A DNA stretch of 64,000 nucleotides from Candidatus Kerfeldbacteria bacterium. GTDB lineage: Bacteria; Patescibacteriota; Patescibacteriia; UBA9570; XYC2-FULL-38-9. The stretch spans positions 19,182 to 83,181 of the forward strand of contig JBDRKW010000002.1 in the NCBI GenBank assembly GCA_043813585.1. Direction: 5' to 3'. This document shows positions 51,675 to 60,701 of this stretch, piece by piece (the first letter of the stretch is position 1; the number at the start of each line of letters is the position of its first letter). The translations under genes and the position numbers were made by a program. The notes below the pieces were generated by a model. That model did no database searches. It saw only the letters and a list, made by a program, of their open reading frames with translations, and was not told the origin of the DNA.

Positions 51675-53659
51675 TCCAGCAGCCCGTCCAGACCAATAGA
51701 CGTGGAGTTATCAGGGTCAATTATCGCCGCGCGCATCTTGAGTGTCTGCAATAATTCTTCCGAGGGAACCACCGGGCCGAAAACTGCCGCAACCCGCGCA
51801 GCCCCGGCAGGATGGACAACCGGAAGATGCATTGCATAGCTCTCGCCGGGCAGCCATGTATGCGTCGGGACAACCGAAAATCCAAGCGCATACTGATGTT
51901 CCTTGACCCGTTTTCCCTCAGAATCAAACCATTGCAGCTCAAGCTGCTGGTCATCGTCTGTCCATCCGCCGTTCATCTTTTCAAACGCGAGAGAAAGAGT
52001 GCCGCGATCATCGCCGTCAGGCGCATAGTTCCAGCCAAGAAACATCAAATCACCCTGCAAATCAGTGCGCAGGGGCTGCTTAATAGTCGCAGGATTATTT
52101 GTCCAAAATTGCTGCTCTTGATCCACTAACTCCTTGCGCGCAAAAACAAACGCATCCTGAGTTTGGTACGCGGGTATTAAATCATTGTCGTCAAGCACCT
52201 GCTGGACGCGCTGCCACGTATGCTGAATCTCCTCATCAGGAATATTTATTGCGGAATCGAAAATAACGTCATGCTCCATGATCAAACGCGAAACGCCTGT
52301 CGGCGATTGATAGGGGGTATCGGAAAAATGCATTTTTCCCGTAAACAATCCAAGGTTGGAATACAAATGCTCCCGATGCGATAAGAGCGGCCAAAACCGC
52401 CGCGACGCCATCACCGCTTCAGTATCGCCAATGGATTGAACAATCGTGCGATATCCATCCACATCGCGATGATACCATTCATCCACAGCGTCGGGAATTT
52501 CACGGAGCGGTGAAAACAGGCAAAAAAACATGATGAAATATGCCAGCAACGACAGCCCGACGGCATACGACAGCGCATATACTCTCCCCAACCGTGAACA
52601 GTTGATCCGCTTCAGCAGCTTCAAAAAAACAGGAATCCCGTAGACGGCAGAAATGAGCAGCCACGGAAAAATAACTGCAGCATGGTGGCTGGCCACAATC
52701 GCCCCGATGATATTCCTGTCAATCATAAAATAAAACAAAAACGGCCCGAGCGCCGGAACGAGGTAGCGCACCTTGAAGAATGAAAGCATGCCGATGCTCG
52801 CAATGAGATAAAATAATGCAATGGCATGGTCATTGCCAAATAACTTTGCAATCGAGCTGACGGGATGAAAGAGAAAAGCCCGCGCCACTTCCCCCGGGGT
52901 GCTGCCGTAATGTTCAAAATACATCATGAACTTCACGGTATCATCCGGGGAAAAGAACGATGCCACCCACAACATGCTAATGAGCCAAACGATGCTCAAC
53001 GCCGCGATTGCCGCGCCATGAAACCAGTACTTCCTCCCGTGCCGCAGCACAACCAATACCCCGACGCCTATGGTCATGAACGCCAAATCTTCACGAAGCA
53101 GCAGCAGCAGGACAACCAGGCAGTAGGTTGCGGCCCATTTCTTCCTGTCCAGTGCCAGCCATAACCAAAAAACGACGGGGATGACAAACGGCAGCATATG
53201 GAATTCAAACAGATTCATCTGCTGAACGGTCGGATGGATCAAATACAGCACACTCACGGCTGCCGCAATATATTCCGCCTTATTAACCCGGCCAACGAGC
53301 GCACGCTTCGCTATGAAATACAGCGGAAGGGCGCCGCTTCCAAGAGCAATGGTCTGCGCGACCAATAGCGTTATCGGATGCCCGGCAACCCAGTACAACG
53401 GCACAAATGCCATTAATAGCCACGACCGGTGATCCACCAGGTATGAATACGGGTTAAACGAATACTCATACCAGCGAAAATGGGAACTGTTCCATAGGAC
53501 CTGGTCAAATATTGCAAGATCAAATGTCGGGTACTGAAAATTAAAATATTTTGCAATGCACACTGCAGAAAAAACGACGCAGTAGGCAATACAAGAAACC
53601 CATACGATGCGGGGTATGCGCAGATGCGGCTTCATGACAGACAGCATGATTTTTCCCAT
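51671..53659 (-). CDS. DUF2079-family integral membrane protein
   Basis: 662 aa. N-terminal YPTFDLAIFDQVLWN (DUF2079 signature). More than 10 TM helices. Large C-terminal soluble domain. Confidence 0.65.
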   Translation of the reverse strand: MGKIMLSVMKPHLRIPRIVWVSCIAYCVVFSAVCIAKYFNFQYPTFDLAIFDQVLWNSSHFRWYEYSFNPYSYLVDHRSWLLMAFVPLYWVAGHPITLLVAQTIALGSGALPLYFIAKRALVGRVNKAEYIAAAVSVLYLIHPTVQQMNLFEFHMLPFVIPVVFWLWLALDRKKWAATYCLVVLLLLLREDLAFMTIGVGVLVVLRHGRKYWFHGAAIAALSIVWLISMLWVASFFSPDDTVKFMMYFEHYGSTPGEVARAFLFHPVSSIAKLFGNDHAIALFYLIASIGMLSFFKVRYLVPALGPFLFYFMIDRNIIGAIVASHHAAVIFPWLLISAVYGIPVFLKLLKRINCSRLGRVYALSYAVGLSLLAYFIMFFCLFSPLREIPDAVDEWYHRDVDGYRTIVQSIGDTEAVMASRRFWPLLSHREHLYSNLGLFTGKMHFSDTPYQSPTGVSRLIMEHDVIFDSAINIPDEEIQHTWQRVQQVLDDNDLIPAYQTQDAFVFARKELVDQEQQFWTNNPATIKQPLRTDLQGDLMFLGWNYAPDGDDRGTLSLAFEKMNGGWTDDDQQLELQWFDSEGKRVKEHQYALGFSVVPTHTWLPGESYAMHLPVVHPAGAARVAAVFGPVVPSEELLQTLKMRAAIIDPDNSTSIGLDGLLD

Positions 53660-53696
53660 TGCACCAGTATACCAAATTCAGCTGCAGCACAACAAA

Positions 53697-53725
53697 AGAA
53701 CCCGCAAGTGCGGGCTCTTTTTATA
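53697..53725. terminator. bidirectional terminator (CCCGC-aagt-GCGGG flanked by A and T tracts) after pilin-like gene 1
   Basis: aaagaaCCCGCaagtGCGGGctcttttta. A perfect 12-bp palindrome ACAGATATCTGT is adjacent at 53726-53737. Confidence 0.6.
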
Positions 53726-53751
53726 GACAGATATCTGTTTACAACAGATCG

Positions 53752-54111
53752 TTAGATTACTTGCGCACCTGTTGCGCCAGCGAGAATGCCGACAGCATAG
53801 ATGGAAATACCCCATGCAGCCATGACAATTACGAGGCCGATGACAGCTGCGATTAGAAGCTTCTTCGCGCTATCTACCTTTTCCTCGTTGCCGCCCGCTG
53901 TCATCCAGCGGAAGCCGCCGATCAGAACCATGATCACTGCGATAATGGCAAGGATGCCGAGAATCCAGTTGATAAGGTTGATAACAATATCTTCAGGAGT
54001 GTTTGTACCATAGCCGTTAACAGTGATACTTGTATTCACCTGTGCAAGCACTGGTGACGAAATAAGCATGCCAAGAGCTGTGAAACCGGCTGTTGCTAGT
54101 TTATTCTTCAT
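53752..54111 (-). CDS. VirB2/TrbC-like pilin-family small membrane protein (paralog 1 of 4)
   Basis: AAAGGAGGTGA RBS. Signal peptide MKNKLATAGFTALGMLISSPVLA. IGGFRWMTAGGNEEKVDSAKKLLIAAVIGLVIVMAAWGI. Confidence 0.6.
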   Translation of the reverse strand: MKNKLATAGFTALGMLISSPVLAQVNTSITVNGYGTNTPEDIVINLINWILGILAIIAVIMVLIGGFRWMTAGGNEEKVDSAKKLLIAAVIGLVIVMAAWGISIYAVGILAGATGAQVI

Positions 54112-54303
54112 TGAGTCATCACCTCCTTTCGATAATGTTCAGTTAAACTGATGTGCAAACTGTAGCATATATCCCCCATTTCATCAAGTCCCGCTATCCT
54201 TCTGTGGATGACGCCCGTACAGCCATCCTGAAAATAATTTAGTGGACGAACCCGGGGTACTGCAGTATAATTGAGTCGATCATATTATTCCAATAACTCG
54301 TCT

Positions 54304-54684
54304 ATGTATAAAAAAATAACCAAAACGCTATCAGCCGCAGGCGCCTCTCTTTTCGGTACGATGGCAGTTGGCGTGCATGCGGCGCTTGCACAGACTGAAT
54401 ACTTCGATCCAAACGATACAATCGGCACTAGCTCCGGCCTGCCTACCAGAAGCGCGGCAGATACGGCCCTTGCAATAGCCAATGTGTTTCTTGGTACCGT
54501 GGCGATCATCGCAGTCATCCTTATCATCTACGGCGGATTCACATGGATGACGAGCGGAGGCAGTGAAGAAAAGGTTACAAAGGGAAAAAATATATTAATC
54601 TGGGCCGTCATCGGCCTCCTCATCATCATGAGCGCATGGGGCATTACGCTCTATCTTATCGGCATTCTCGTTCCGGCAACGTAG
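54304..54684 (+). CDS. VirB2/TrbC-like pilin-family small membrane protein (paralog 2)
   Basis: The track start is TTG 54271. ATG 54304 (MYKKITKTLSAAGASLFGTMAVGVHAALA) follows the TGGACG-17-TATAAT promoter at 54244-54270. IYGGFTWMTSGGSEEKVTKGKNILIWAVIGLLIIMSAWGI. Confidence 0.6.
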   Translation: MYKKITKTLSAAGASLFGTMAVGVHAALAQTEYFDPNDTIGTSSGLPTRSAADTALAIANVFLGTVAIIAVILIIYGGFTWMTSGGSEEKVTKGKNILIWAVIGLLIIMSAWGITLYLIGILVPAT

Positions 54685-54711
54685 GCAAAGCGCTTCTTCA
54701 TTTGTATGAAC

Positions 54712-54737
54712 AAAAAACTCCCCTGCGGGAGTTTTTT
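54712..54737. terminator. bidirectional terminator between convergent pilin-like genes 2 and 3
   Basis: AAAAAA-CTCCC-ctgc-GGGAG-TTTTTT. Confidence 0.75.
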
Positions 54738-54755
54738 CATAATTCTGTCAGTAAT

Positions 54756-55103
54756 CTACACGATCGATTCACCTGCAATGGCACGGAAAATCGCTTCGGT
54801 TATGCCGTAGCTCGCGAAGACGACCACCAAGCCGATCGCTGCCCACATTAACGTATCACGCCCTTTCTTGACGCGCTCCGGACTTCCGCCGGAGGTCAGC
54901 AGCAAAAACCCGCCGTACACGATTATTATCAACGAAATAATTCCCACGATGCCGAGGAAAACGCGGATGACGTTTGCAATCACCTCATTCGGGTCTGTGA
55001 CGTTGCCAAGCGGATTCGTCAGTGAGAACTGCGCCAGCGCCGGCATAGCTAAAAACAAACCGACGACAGTTGTAGATGCTATTGTTTCAATTCGATGTTT
55101 CAT
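54756..55103 (-). CDS. VirB2/TrbC-like pilin-family small membrane protein (paralog 3)
   Basis: Signal peptide MKHRIETIASTTVVGLFLAMPALA. VYGGFLLLTSGGSPERVKKGRDTLMWAAIGLVVVFASYGI. Confidence 0.6.
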   Translation of the reverse strand: MKHRIETIASTTVVGLFLAMPALAQFSLTNPLGNVTDPNEVIANVIRVFLGIVGIISLIIIVYGGFLLLTSGGSPERVKKGRDTLMWAAIGLVVVFASYGITEAIFRAIAGESIV

Positions 55104-55114
55104 AGGTGCTCAAT

Positions 55115-55822
55115 TTATTCTATAGTTAATATACAGCAGACCGGTCGGTCATCCGGACAGGACCCCGTGGGTGATTCAATGCCGCCAGCTTCAGTGCAAA
55201 GGCTCGATTCTGTCAGGCATGACGCTGCCGTTGTTTGAGAACCTATATAGTTTGCCTCGCAGGATGGAATGCAGGTGCCGCCAGAACAGACACAGTTGTT
55301 CGTACAGTTGTCCTTCGTAATTGAACAAATCTTGCCATCATCCTGAGCCCCGCATTCCTGAAGCGTCGAACCTTTGGGAGTGCTGCCGCTTTCGCAGAAT
55401 GTTGACCAGTCCGTACCGAACAGTATTGCATTATCCGCCGGATTCTGTGTTACATATCCATCACCGGACGGTTTCTTAACAATAGAAGCAATTGAATAAT
55501 TCACCAGTAAAAACGCACCAAGGACAAAGAACAATCCGATAACCGCACCAATCATTATCTGCTGCCCTCGCTGCACCCGTTCCGGGTTTCCGGCAGAGAT
55601 AATCCAGTACACGCCGCCGATAATGATCATCAACACAACCAGCGGGCCGATCGCCATCAACAGGCCCTCTGCCCACCCCGCAAACAACGCAATAAAATCA
55701 CATGTTGTGCAGTTGCCGTCTTTCCAGCATGCCGGCAGAATCTGCGCGCGTGCAGCCAGCGGTGCGAACAGGGCGACTGCAACAGCGGCAATAATGGATA
55801 TTCGCGTTTTGATCATAATCAT
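55115..55822 (-). CDS. VirB2/TrbC-like pilin-family protein with a 120-aa Cys-rich C-terminal extension (paralog 4)
   Basis: Signal peptide ...FAPLAARA. IGGVYWIISAGNPERVQRGQQIMIGAVIGLFFVLGAF. The tail has 13 Cys (CTNNCVCSGGTCIPSCEAN...VCCILTIE). Confidence 0.55.
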   Translation of the reverse strand: MIMIKTRISIIAAVAVALFAPLAARAQILPACWKDGNCTTCDFIALFAGWAEGLLMAIGPLVVLMIIIGGVYWIISAGNPERVQRGQQIMIGAVIGLFFVLGAFLLVNYSIASIVKKPSGDGYVTQNPADNAILFGTDWSTFCESGSTPKGSTLQECGAQDDGKICSITKDNCTNNCVCSGGTCIPSCEANYIGSQTTAASCLTESSLCTEAGGIESPTGSCPDDRPVCCILTIE

Positions 55823-55825
55823 CGA

Positions 55826-57208
55826 TTAGTCTGATTGGAACGTAAGGCTCACCTTCCGCTGCGCCAGCGCCACAATCTCTTCAATAGGCGATGCTTTCGC
55901 GATCGCTTCATTCACCATCTCGCGGAACGCCAACAGCGTCGTATCAGGATCAACCCCATGATACCATGTTTTTGCGGTCAACGCCTGTTGGGCAAAGATG
56001 CCGATTTCGGAATCTTCCTGTTTCGTGCCGATTAATGATTTCACAGCCGGAATTCGCCCGGTCGAATCAAGAAATGCGCTCACCTGATCCTGCTGGGATA
56101 AATAATTTATGAAATTCCATGCATGGTCAGCATTTTCGCTGCCGATATGCACCGCTTCAATCGGATACCGCGCAATATTCACCTGGTTATTCAAATCCAC
56201 CTGCGGAATCTTGGCATAGGAGTAGTTGAGGTTTGGCGCACGGTTGTCGATAACAGCGCGGTCGCCGTAATAGCCGAAGTAGAAACCAAGCGTGCCCTGC
56301 GTAAACGCTTCAAGCGCTCCGAGCTGGTTATCGTCCCAGGTATATGTTCGAAACGCCGGGTCAGAAAACTTCGTGTAAAAATCCAACGCTTCAACCCCGG
56401 CCAGCCGTCCTGACTCTGTTTCGCCGATGAAATCAATGCGGCCGGTTTCGGTTACCATGTCTGCACCATTCTGCATCATGATTGATGACAAGATGTCCAT
56501 GAAGTATGGGATGTTATCAGCCGTACCGATAGCTGCAGCCGGCTGAACAATCTTATTGTCCTCGTCATACTGGGTCATGGCCTGAACCGCATTCCTGAAC
56601 TCCTCCCATGTGGTCGGCGGAACGGCAACCTGCGCGCGCGCCAGCAAATCGCGGTTATAGTACATCACCAATGTATCAAAGCTGTACGGCAATCCGAAAA
56701 TCTGATCTTCATATACCGCATCGTGGTAGACCGCATCAACAAACCGGTCACGGACCTGCGCAGTAGACGGAAACTGCACCGTGTTCTCGGTAACGGTGAT
56801 AACCGTCCGTCCAAAGCTCTTTTCTGCCACGGATTGGCGCAACGTCGCCTGCTGCGGCATGGGCGAGATAAATTCGCGGAACTTCCCCAACCGCCAATTC
56901 GGTACTGAAAAAATATCCGGCCCCTCCCCTTTTGACCAGGCGGCAAACAATTCATCTTCATACGTTTCCGGATCCATTGTGCGGATATTGAAGGAAACGT
57001 GCGGATACACCGCCTGATAGGCCTCAACCGCCGGGGTAAAATCACCGCTCCTGTCCGCCGGTCGCCAAATCTCCATCGTAAACGGGACTGGCGGTTCCAG
57101 GTCGCCGCCGCCCGGGCATAGCTGGCCCGTCGTTACCACTGCTGCCAGCAACAAAAACAAACCGGCGATCGAAACGGGCAGTGTTTTCAGAGAAAAACGC
57201 TTTCTCAT
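55826..57208 (-). CDS. extracellular solute-binding protein, ABC family-1 (sugar-type) SBP; no cognate permease adjacent
   Basis: Signal/lipoprotein-like N-terminus MRKRFSLKTLPVSIAGLFLLLAAVVTTGQLC. Family-1 SBP fold-length and motifs. Confidence 0.6.
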   Translation of the reverse strand: MRKRFSLKTLPVSIAGLFLLLAAVVTTGQLCPGGGDLEPPVPFTMEIWRPADRSGDFTPAVEAYQAVYPHVSFNIRTMDPETYEDELFAAWSKGEGPDIFSVPNWRLGKFREFISPMPQQATLRQSVAEKSFGRTVITVTENTVQFPSTAQVRDRFVDAVYHDAVYEDQIFGLPYSFDTLVMYYNRDLLARAQVAVPPTTWEEFRNAVQAMTQYDEDNKIVQPAAAIGTADNIPYFMDILSSIMMQNGADMVTETGRIDFIGETESGRLAGVEALDFYTKFSDPAFRTYTWDDNQLGALEAFTQGTLGFYFGYYGDRAVIDNRAPNLNYSYAKIPQVDLNNQVNIARYPIEAVHIGSENADHAWNFINYLSQQDQVSAFLDSTGRIPAVKSLIGTKQEDSEIGIFAQQALTAKTWYHGVDPDTTLLAFREMVNEAIAKASPIEEIVALAQRKVSLTFQSD

Positions 57209-57213
57209 ACGTA

Positions 57214-58080
57214 CTAAATATCTAATTGTTTAATGAATTCTTTTAATTTGTCCTTAACCTCTTCGTTTTTCAATGCGAACGACAGTACCGCTTTCACATA
57301 TTCCGCCTTATTGCCGCAGTCGCGATACACACCTGAATATGTCTTTGCATACACATCCTGCTCCTTCATCAGCGAACGGATCGCATCGGTTAATTGGATC
57401 TCTCCGCCCGCACCCGGTTCTGTTTTTTCCAGATGGTCAAAAATCTCCGGGGTCAGCAGCCACCGGCCGCTCACCGCCAGATTCGACGCCGCTTCCTCTA
57501 CCGGCGGCTTCTCGATAATGTCAGAAATTTTCACCAGCGTGTCATCCAGTTTCTTCTCGGGCGTCACGATGCCGTACCGGTCAACCTCATCTTTCGGCAC
57601 TTCCTGCACGCCAACAACAGAACCGCCGTATTTCTGATACACCTCAATCAATTCCTTGGCAGCAGGCTCGCCTTCAACCACATCATCGCCGCCGCATACG
57701 ATAAACGGCTCATCATGGATAATGCTCCGTGCCTGCAATACCGCATGCCCCAATCCGAGCGGTTCCGTTTGCGGAATAAAAATATACCGCGCCAATCCGA
57801 CGCATTCTTTAATGGCGTTCAACTCCGCATGCTTATTCTTCTCGTGAAGCACGCACTCCAGGGGCTCATCGCGTTCAAAATGCCGTTCAATCGCGATCTT
57901 GCTTTCGTTTGTAACAAAAATAATTTCTTCAACTCCGGAATCCCGCAGCTCCTCAACAATAAACTGAATGACCGGCTTATCCACCAACGGGAGCAGCTCT
58001 TTGGGGATTGCTTTAGTTGCCGGGAGAAAGCGGGTGCCCATCCCTGCAACCGGTATTATTGCTTTTCGTACGACTGCCAT
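57214..58080 (-). CDS. galU: UTP-glucose-1-phosphate uridylyltransferase
   Basis: KAIIPVAGMGTRFLPATKAIPKELLPLVDKPVIQFIVEE. Confidence 0.9.
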   Translation of the reverse strand: MAVVRKAIIPVAGMGTRFLPATKAIPKELLPLVDKPVIQFIVEELRDSGVEEIIFVTNESKIAIERHFERDEPLECVLHEKNKHAELNAIKECVGLARYIFIPQTEPLGLGHAVLQARSIIHDEPFIVCGGDDVVEGEPAAKELIEVYQKYGGSVVGVQEVPKDEVDRYGIVTPEKKLDDTLVKISDIIEKPPVEEAASNLAVSGRWLLTPEIFDHLEKTEPGAGGEIQLTDAIRSLMKEQDVYAKTYSGVYRDCGNKAEYVKAVLSFALKNEEVKDKLKEFIKQLDI

Positions 58081-58159
58081 GATTTATAGTAAAATGAAAC
58101 CTATACAACACTGTTGCGCAACATTAATATATCAAATTTCGCACTTTTTTGCAACCAAA

Positions 58160-58582
58160 CTATTTATGGTACGGGTGGCCCTCAATGATGGTCTGCGCCC
58201 GGTATAACTGCTCAATAAGAACCACGCGCGCCATCTCATGCGGCAGCGTCATGGATGACAAGCGGATCTTCTGTTGCACTTTGCTCTTCAGCTCCTCCGG
58301 AATCCCCTCTGCCCCGCCAATGACGAAGGTGAGGCCGGTTTCTGCCTGCGATGCACGGTCTATAAACTGCGCGAACTCAACCGACGTCATCTCTTTGCCC
58401 TTTTCATCCATAAGAACAACGCGGCCAACCAGCTGGCTGGCTCGTTCCATTAATTCCTTGTCGTTTCGCACTGTAACCAGCTCGCAACGGAAACGGCCGC
58501 TGATCCGCTTGGAATACTCCCGTTCCAGCCCCTGCATCTCGCGCGATTTGGTCTTACCGACCGATAAAATGGTGATTTTCAT
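58160..58582 (-). CDS. rlmH: 23S rRNA (pseudouridine1915-N3)-methyltransferase RlmH (SPOUT)
   Basis: 140 aa. MKITILSVGKTK...LTFVIGGAEGIPEELK...LSSMTLPHEMARVVLIEQLYRAQTIIEGHPYHK. Confidence 0.88.
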   Translation of the reverse strand: MKITILSVGKTKSREMQGLEREYSKRISGRFRCELVTVRNDKELMERASQLVGRVVLMDEKGKEMTSVEFAQFIDRASQAETGLTFVIGGAEGIPEELKSKVQQKIRLSSMTLPHEMARVVLIEQLYRAQTIIEGHPYHK

Positions 58583-58604
58583 ACCCGTAGTGTATCATAA
58601 TGAT

Positions 58605-58919
58605 ATGGAAATCGACATCCAGACAGGTGAAAAAATCCTGCGGAAAAAATTCACTTCGTACTACACGGATGAAGAAATCACCGGCATGTTGTATCTGACG
58701 AACAAACGATTGGCGTTCAGCGCTCATCCATTGAATTACAGGGAATATATAATCAATATTCCTATGCCGGAAATTGAACGAGTTGATTTCAAGCAAAAAC
58801 TCGCTCTCTTTCCGCACGGTATTCTTGTTATCACAACAGACGGAACATCATACAACTTTGCCGTGTGGCGGCGAAGAAAATGGAAAAAAGAAATTGAAAA
58901 AGCCGCTCATTCGGCGTAA
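58605..58919 (+). CDS. small bacterial PH/GRAM-like domain protein
   Basis: The track ORF (58149-) overlaps rlmH. ATG at 58605 (MEIDIQTGEKILRKKF...GMLYLTNKRLAFSAHP...GILVITTDGTSYNF) has the PH-like beta-sandwich pattern. Confidence 0.5.
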   Translation: MEIDIQTGEKILRKKFTSYYTDEEITGMLYLTNKRLAFSAHPLNYREYIINIPMPEIERVDFKQKLALFPHGILVITTDGTSYNFAVWRRRKWKKEIEKAAHSA

Positions 58920-59821
58920 CGCGTCTTCCTTAGATCGACTGATGGTCGACGAATGCTGAAATAAACGCCAGACAACATAATGATAATTCCAATCCACTGA
59001 TAGAGTGAGATTGTTTCATTAAAAAACAACAGAAGCGCTACCAGGCTGAATACGGGAAACGTCATTCCGAGCGATATTGCTTTTGAAATATCCAGCCGTT
59101 TCAGTCCCTCATACCAAATTACTTTTGTTACGCCAAATAATAGCAGGCCTGTAACAAGGATAATCCACCAATACTCGGTAACTATGCTGCCCCATTCCGC
59201 ATGCGGCTCAAACAGCAACGCAAGTGCAGAAATAAATAGCCCCCCGAGCGTATAGCGCATAAAAAGAATAGTTGCGGGAGAAACATAATTCAGCGCGCGC
59301 TTGCCGTAAAAATTCCCGATAGGATACGTCACGGTACTGGCTATAATAAGCAGATCACCCAAATTCAAAGAAAACGAACCATTATATAAAATAAACAACG
59401 ATCCAAACAATACCCCGCCGGCACCAAGTACTTTCAAACGCGTTGTTTTCTCGCCAATAAAATGCGTGAACACTAGCGTAAAAATAATTTCTGCCAATAG
59501 AAGCATCGAGGAATTCACTCCGGAAGTCATACTCGTGCCCGTATAGAATAACGTGTACGGAACAACGATGACAAACAGCGTGCCGGCTAACAACGGCACG
59601 TACGCTCGGCGGTCTTTCAATTCATGGAATGAACGCGTGACGGCAGCGTAAACAATAAAGCCAGCGCCTGCGCACAAGGCACTTAACGCGGCAAACGTGA
59701 TTGGGGCAATTTCCTTGGCTCCGAAATTCACGACAACCGGAAACATCCCCCACAATACTGCGTTCAGCAGCACCATGGTAACGCCGAGTGGTTGCTCCTT
59801 TTTAGTTTGGATATTTGCCAT
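58907..59821 (-). CDS. DMT-superfamily (EamA-like) transporter
   Basis: 10 TM helices with two EamA repeats (VLLNAVLWGMFPVV...). Confidence 0.75.
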   Translation of the reverse strand: MANIQTKKEQPLGVTMVLLNAVLWGMFPVVVNFGAKEIAPITFAALSALCAGAGFIVYAAVTRSFHELKDRRAYVPLLAGTLFVIVVPYTLFYTGTSMTSGVNSSMLLLAEIIFTLVFTHFIGEKTTRLKVLGAGGVLFGSLFILYNGSFSLNLGDLLIIASTVTYPIGNFYGKRALNYVSPATILFMRYTLGGLFISALALLFEPHAEWGSIVTEYWWIILVTGLLLFGVTKVIWYEGLKRLDISKAISLGMTFPVFSLVALLLFFNETISLYQWIGIIIMLSGVYFSIRRPSVDLRKTRYAE

Positions 59822-59876
59822 AATTCAGTCACATTGTATCATTGCGGCATTAAGGGCGCTACTTTATAATGCATGT

Positions 59877-60701
59877 ATGTCGGAGAACCAATTTATCCAG
59901 CACCGCGGACTGCGCGAATCGCAGGACCGGCCGAACAGTTTTGAAGCCATGCGCGAGCAATACGGCGTTGGCATTGAGTTCGACCTGTTCATTTTATCTG
60001 ACGGAACGATTGCCGTGCTGCACGATAAGGATTTTCAGGACGCGCAACTAACGCAGGAACAGGTGGAAGCCATGACGCTGTCGGAGCTGGAATCGATGAA
60101 TGTTATCTCGCGGACTGACGGAGAACGCGGCGGCGCCATACCGTTGCTGCGCGAATATATCTTCAACGCGTATGACCGCGGCATTGACCTGACTATGGAA
60201 ATTAAAGCCAGTACGCCAGACAAAGCAGAAGAAGCAGCGCGCGCAATGGTGGATGAAATCGCGGCGATGAAAGATGACGGCGTGTTTGAAACAATGCCCG
60301 ACTATCCGGAACAGTCGCTCGGCGTGCACTCATTTTCAGTTGAAGCGCTGCAGGAAGCGAAGGCCGCCATGGATGAACACGGCGTTCCGCTGAAGCGCGG
60401 GCTATTCTGGCCGTCGGCTCCGGAACGCGCAGATGAAATGGAAATTTCAAAAACAGCAAAAACATTTGTGGGCTATACGGACGAACACGAAAACGAATGG
60501 GCAGCATTTGGGCTTGAAGCGGCCAAAAAACTCGGCTGCGAATCGCTCAACCTGTTCCGCACGACCATTACCCCGGAAATCGTGGAAGAGGCGAAAAAAC
60601 ACAACATCGACATCTACGCCTGGGTGGTAAATAACAAAGAAGACGCACAGCGCCTACTTGATATGGGCGTAGAAAAAATCATCACCGAAACCAGTGAATA
60701 A
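59877..60701 (+). CDS. glycerophosphodiester phosphodiesterase (GDPD) family protein
   Basis: First ATG at 59877 (MSENQFIQHRGLRESQDRPNSFEAMREQYGVGIEFDLFILSDGTIAVLHDKD). HR...E...E.D...DG..V..HD is the GDPD catalytic motif. Confidence 0.65.
   Translation: MSENQFIQHRGLRESQDRPNSFEAMREQYGVGIEFDLFILSDGTIAVLHDKDFQDAQLTQEQVEAMTLSELESMNVISRTDGERGGAIPLLREYIFNAYDRGIDLTMEIKASTPDKAEEAARAMVDEIAAMKDDGVFETMPDYPEQSLGVHSFSVEALQEAKAAMDEHGVPLKRGLFWPSAPERADEMEISKTAKTFVGYTDEHENEWAAFGLEAAKKLGCESLNLFRTTITPEIVEEAKKHNIDIYAWVVNNKEDAQRLLDMGVEKIITETSE

Noticed and set aside
58149-58604. N-terminal 150 aa of the 256-aa plus-strand track ORF
   Set aside because: It overlaps rlmH on the opposite strand. The conserved PH-like domain begins at the ATG at 58605, which is taken as the start.
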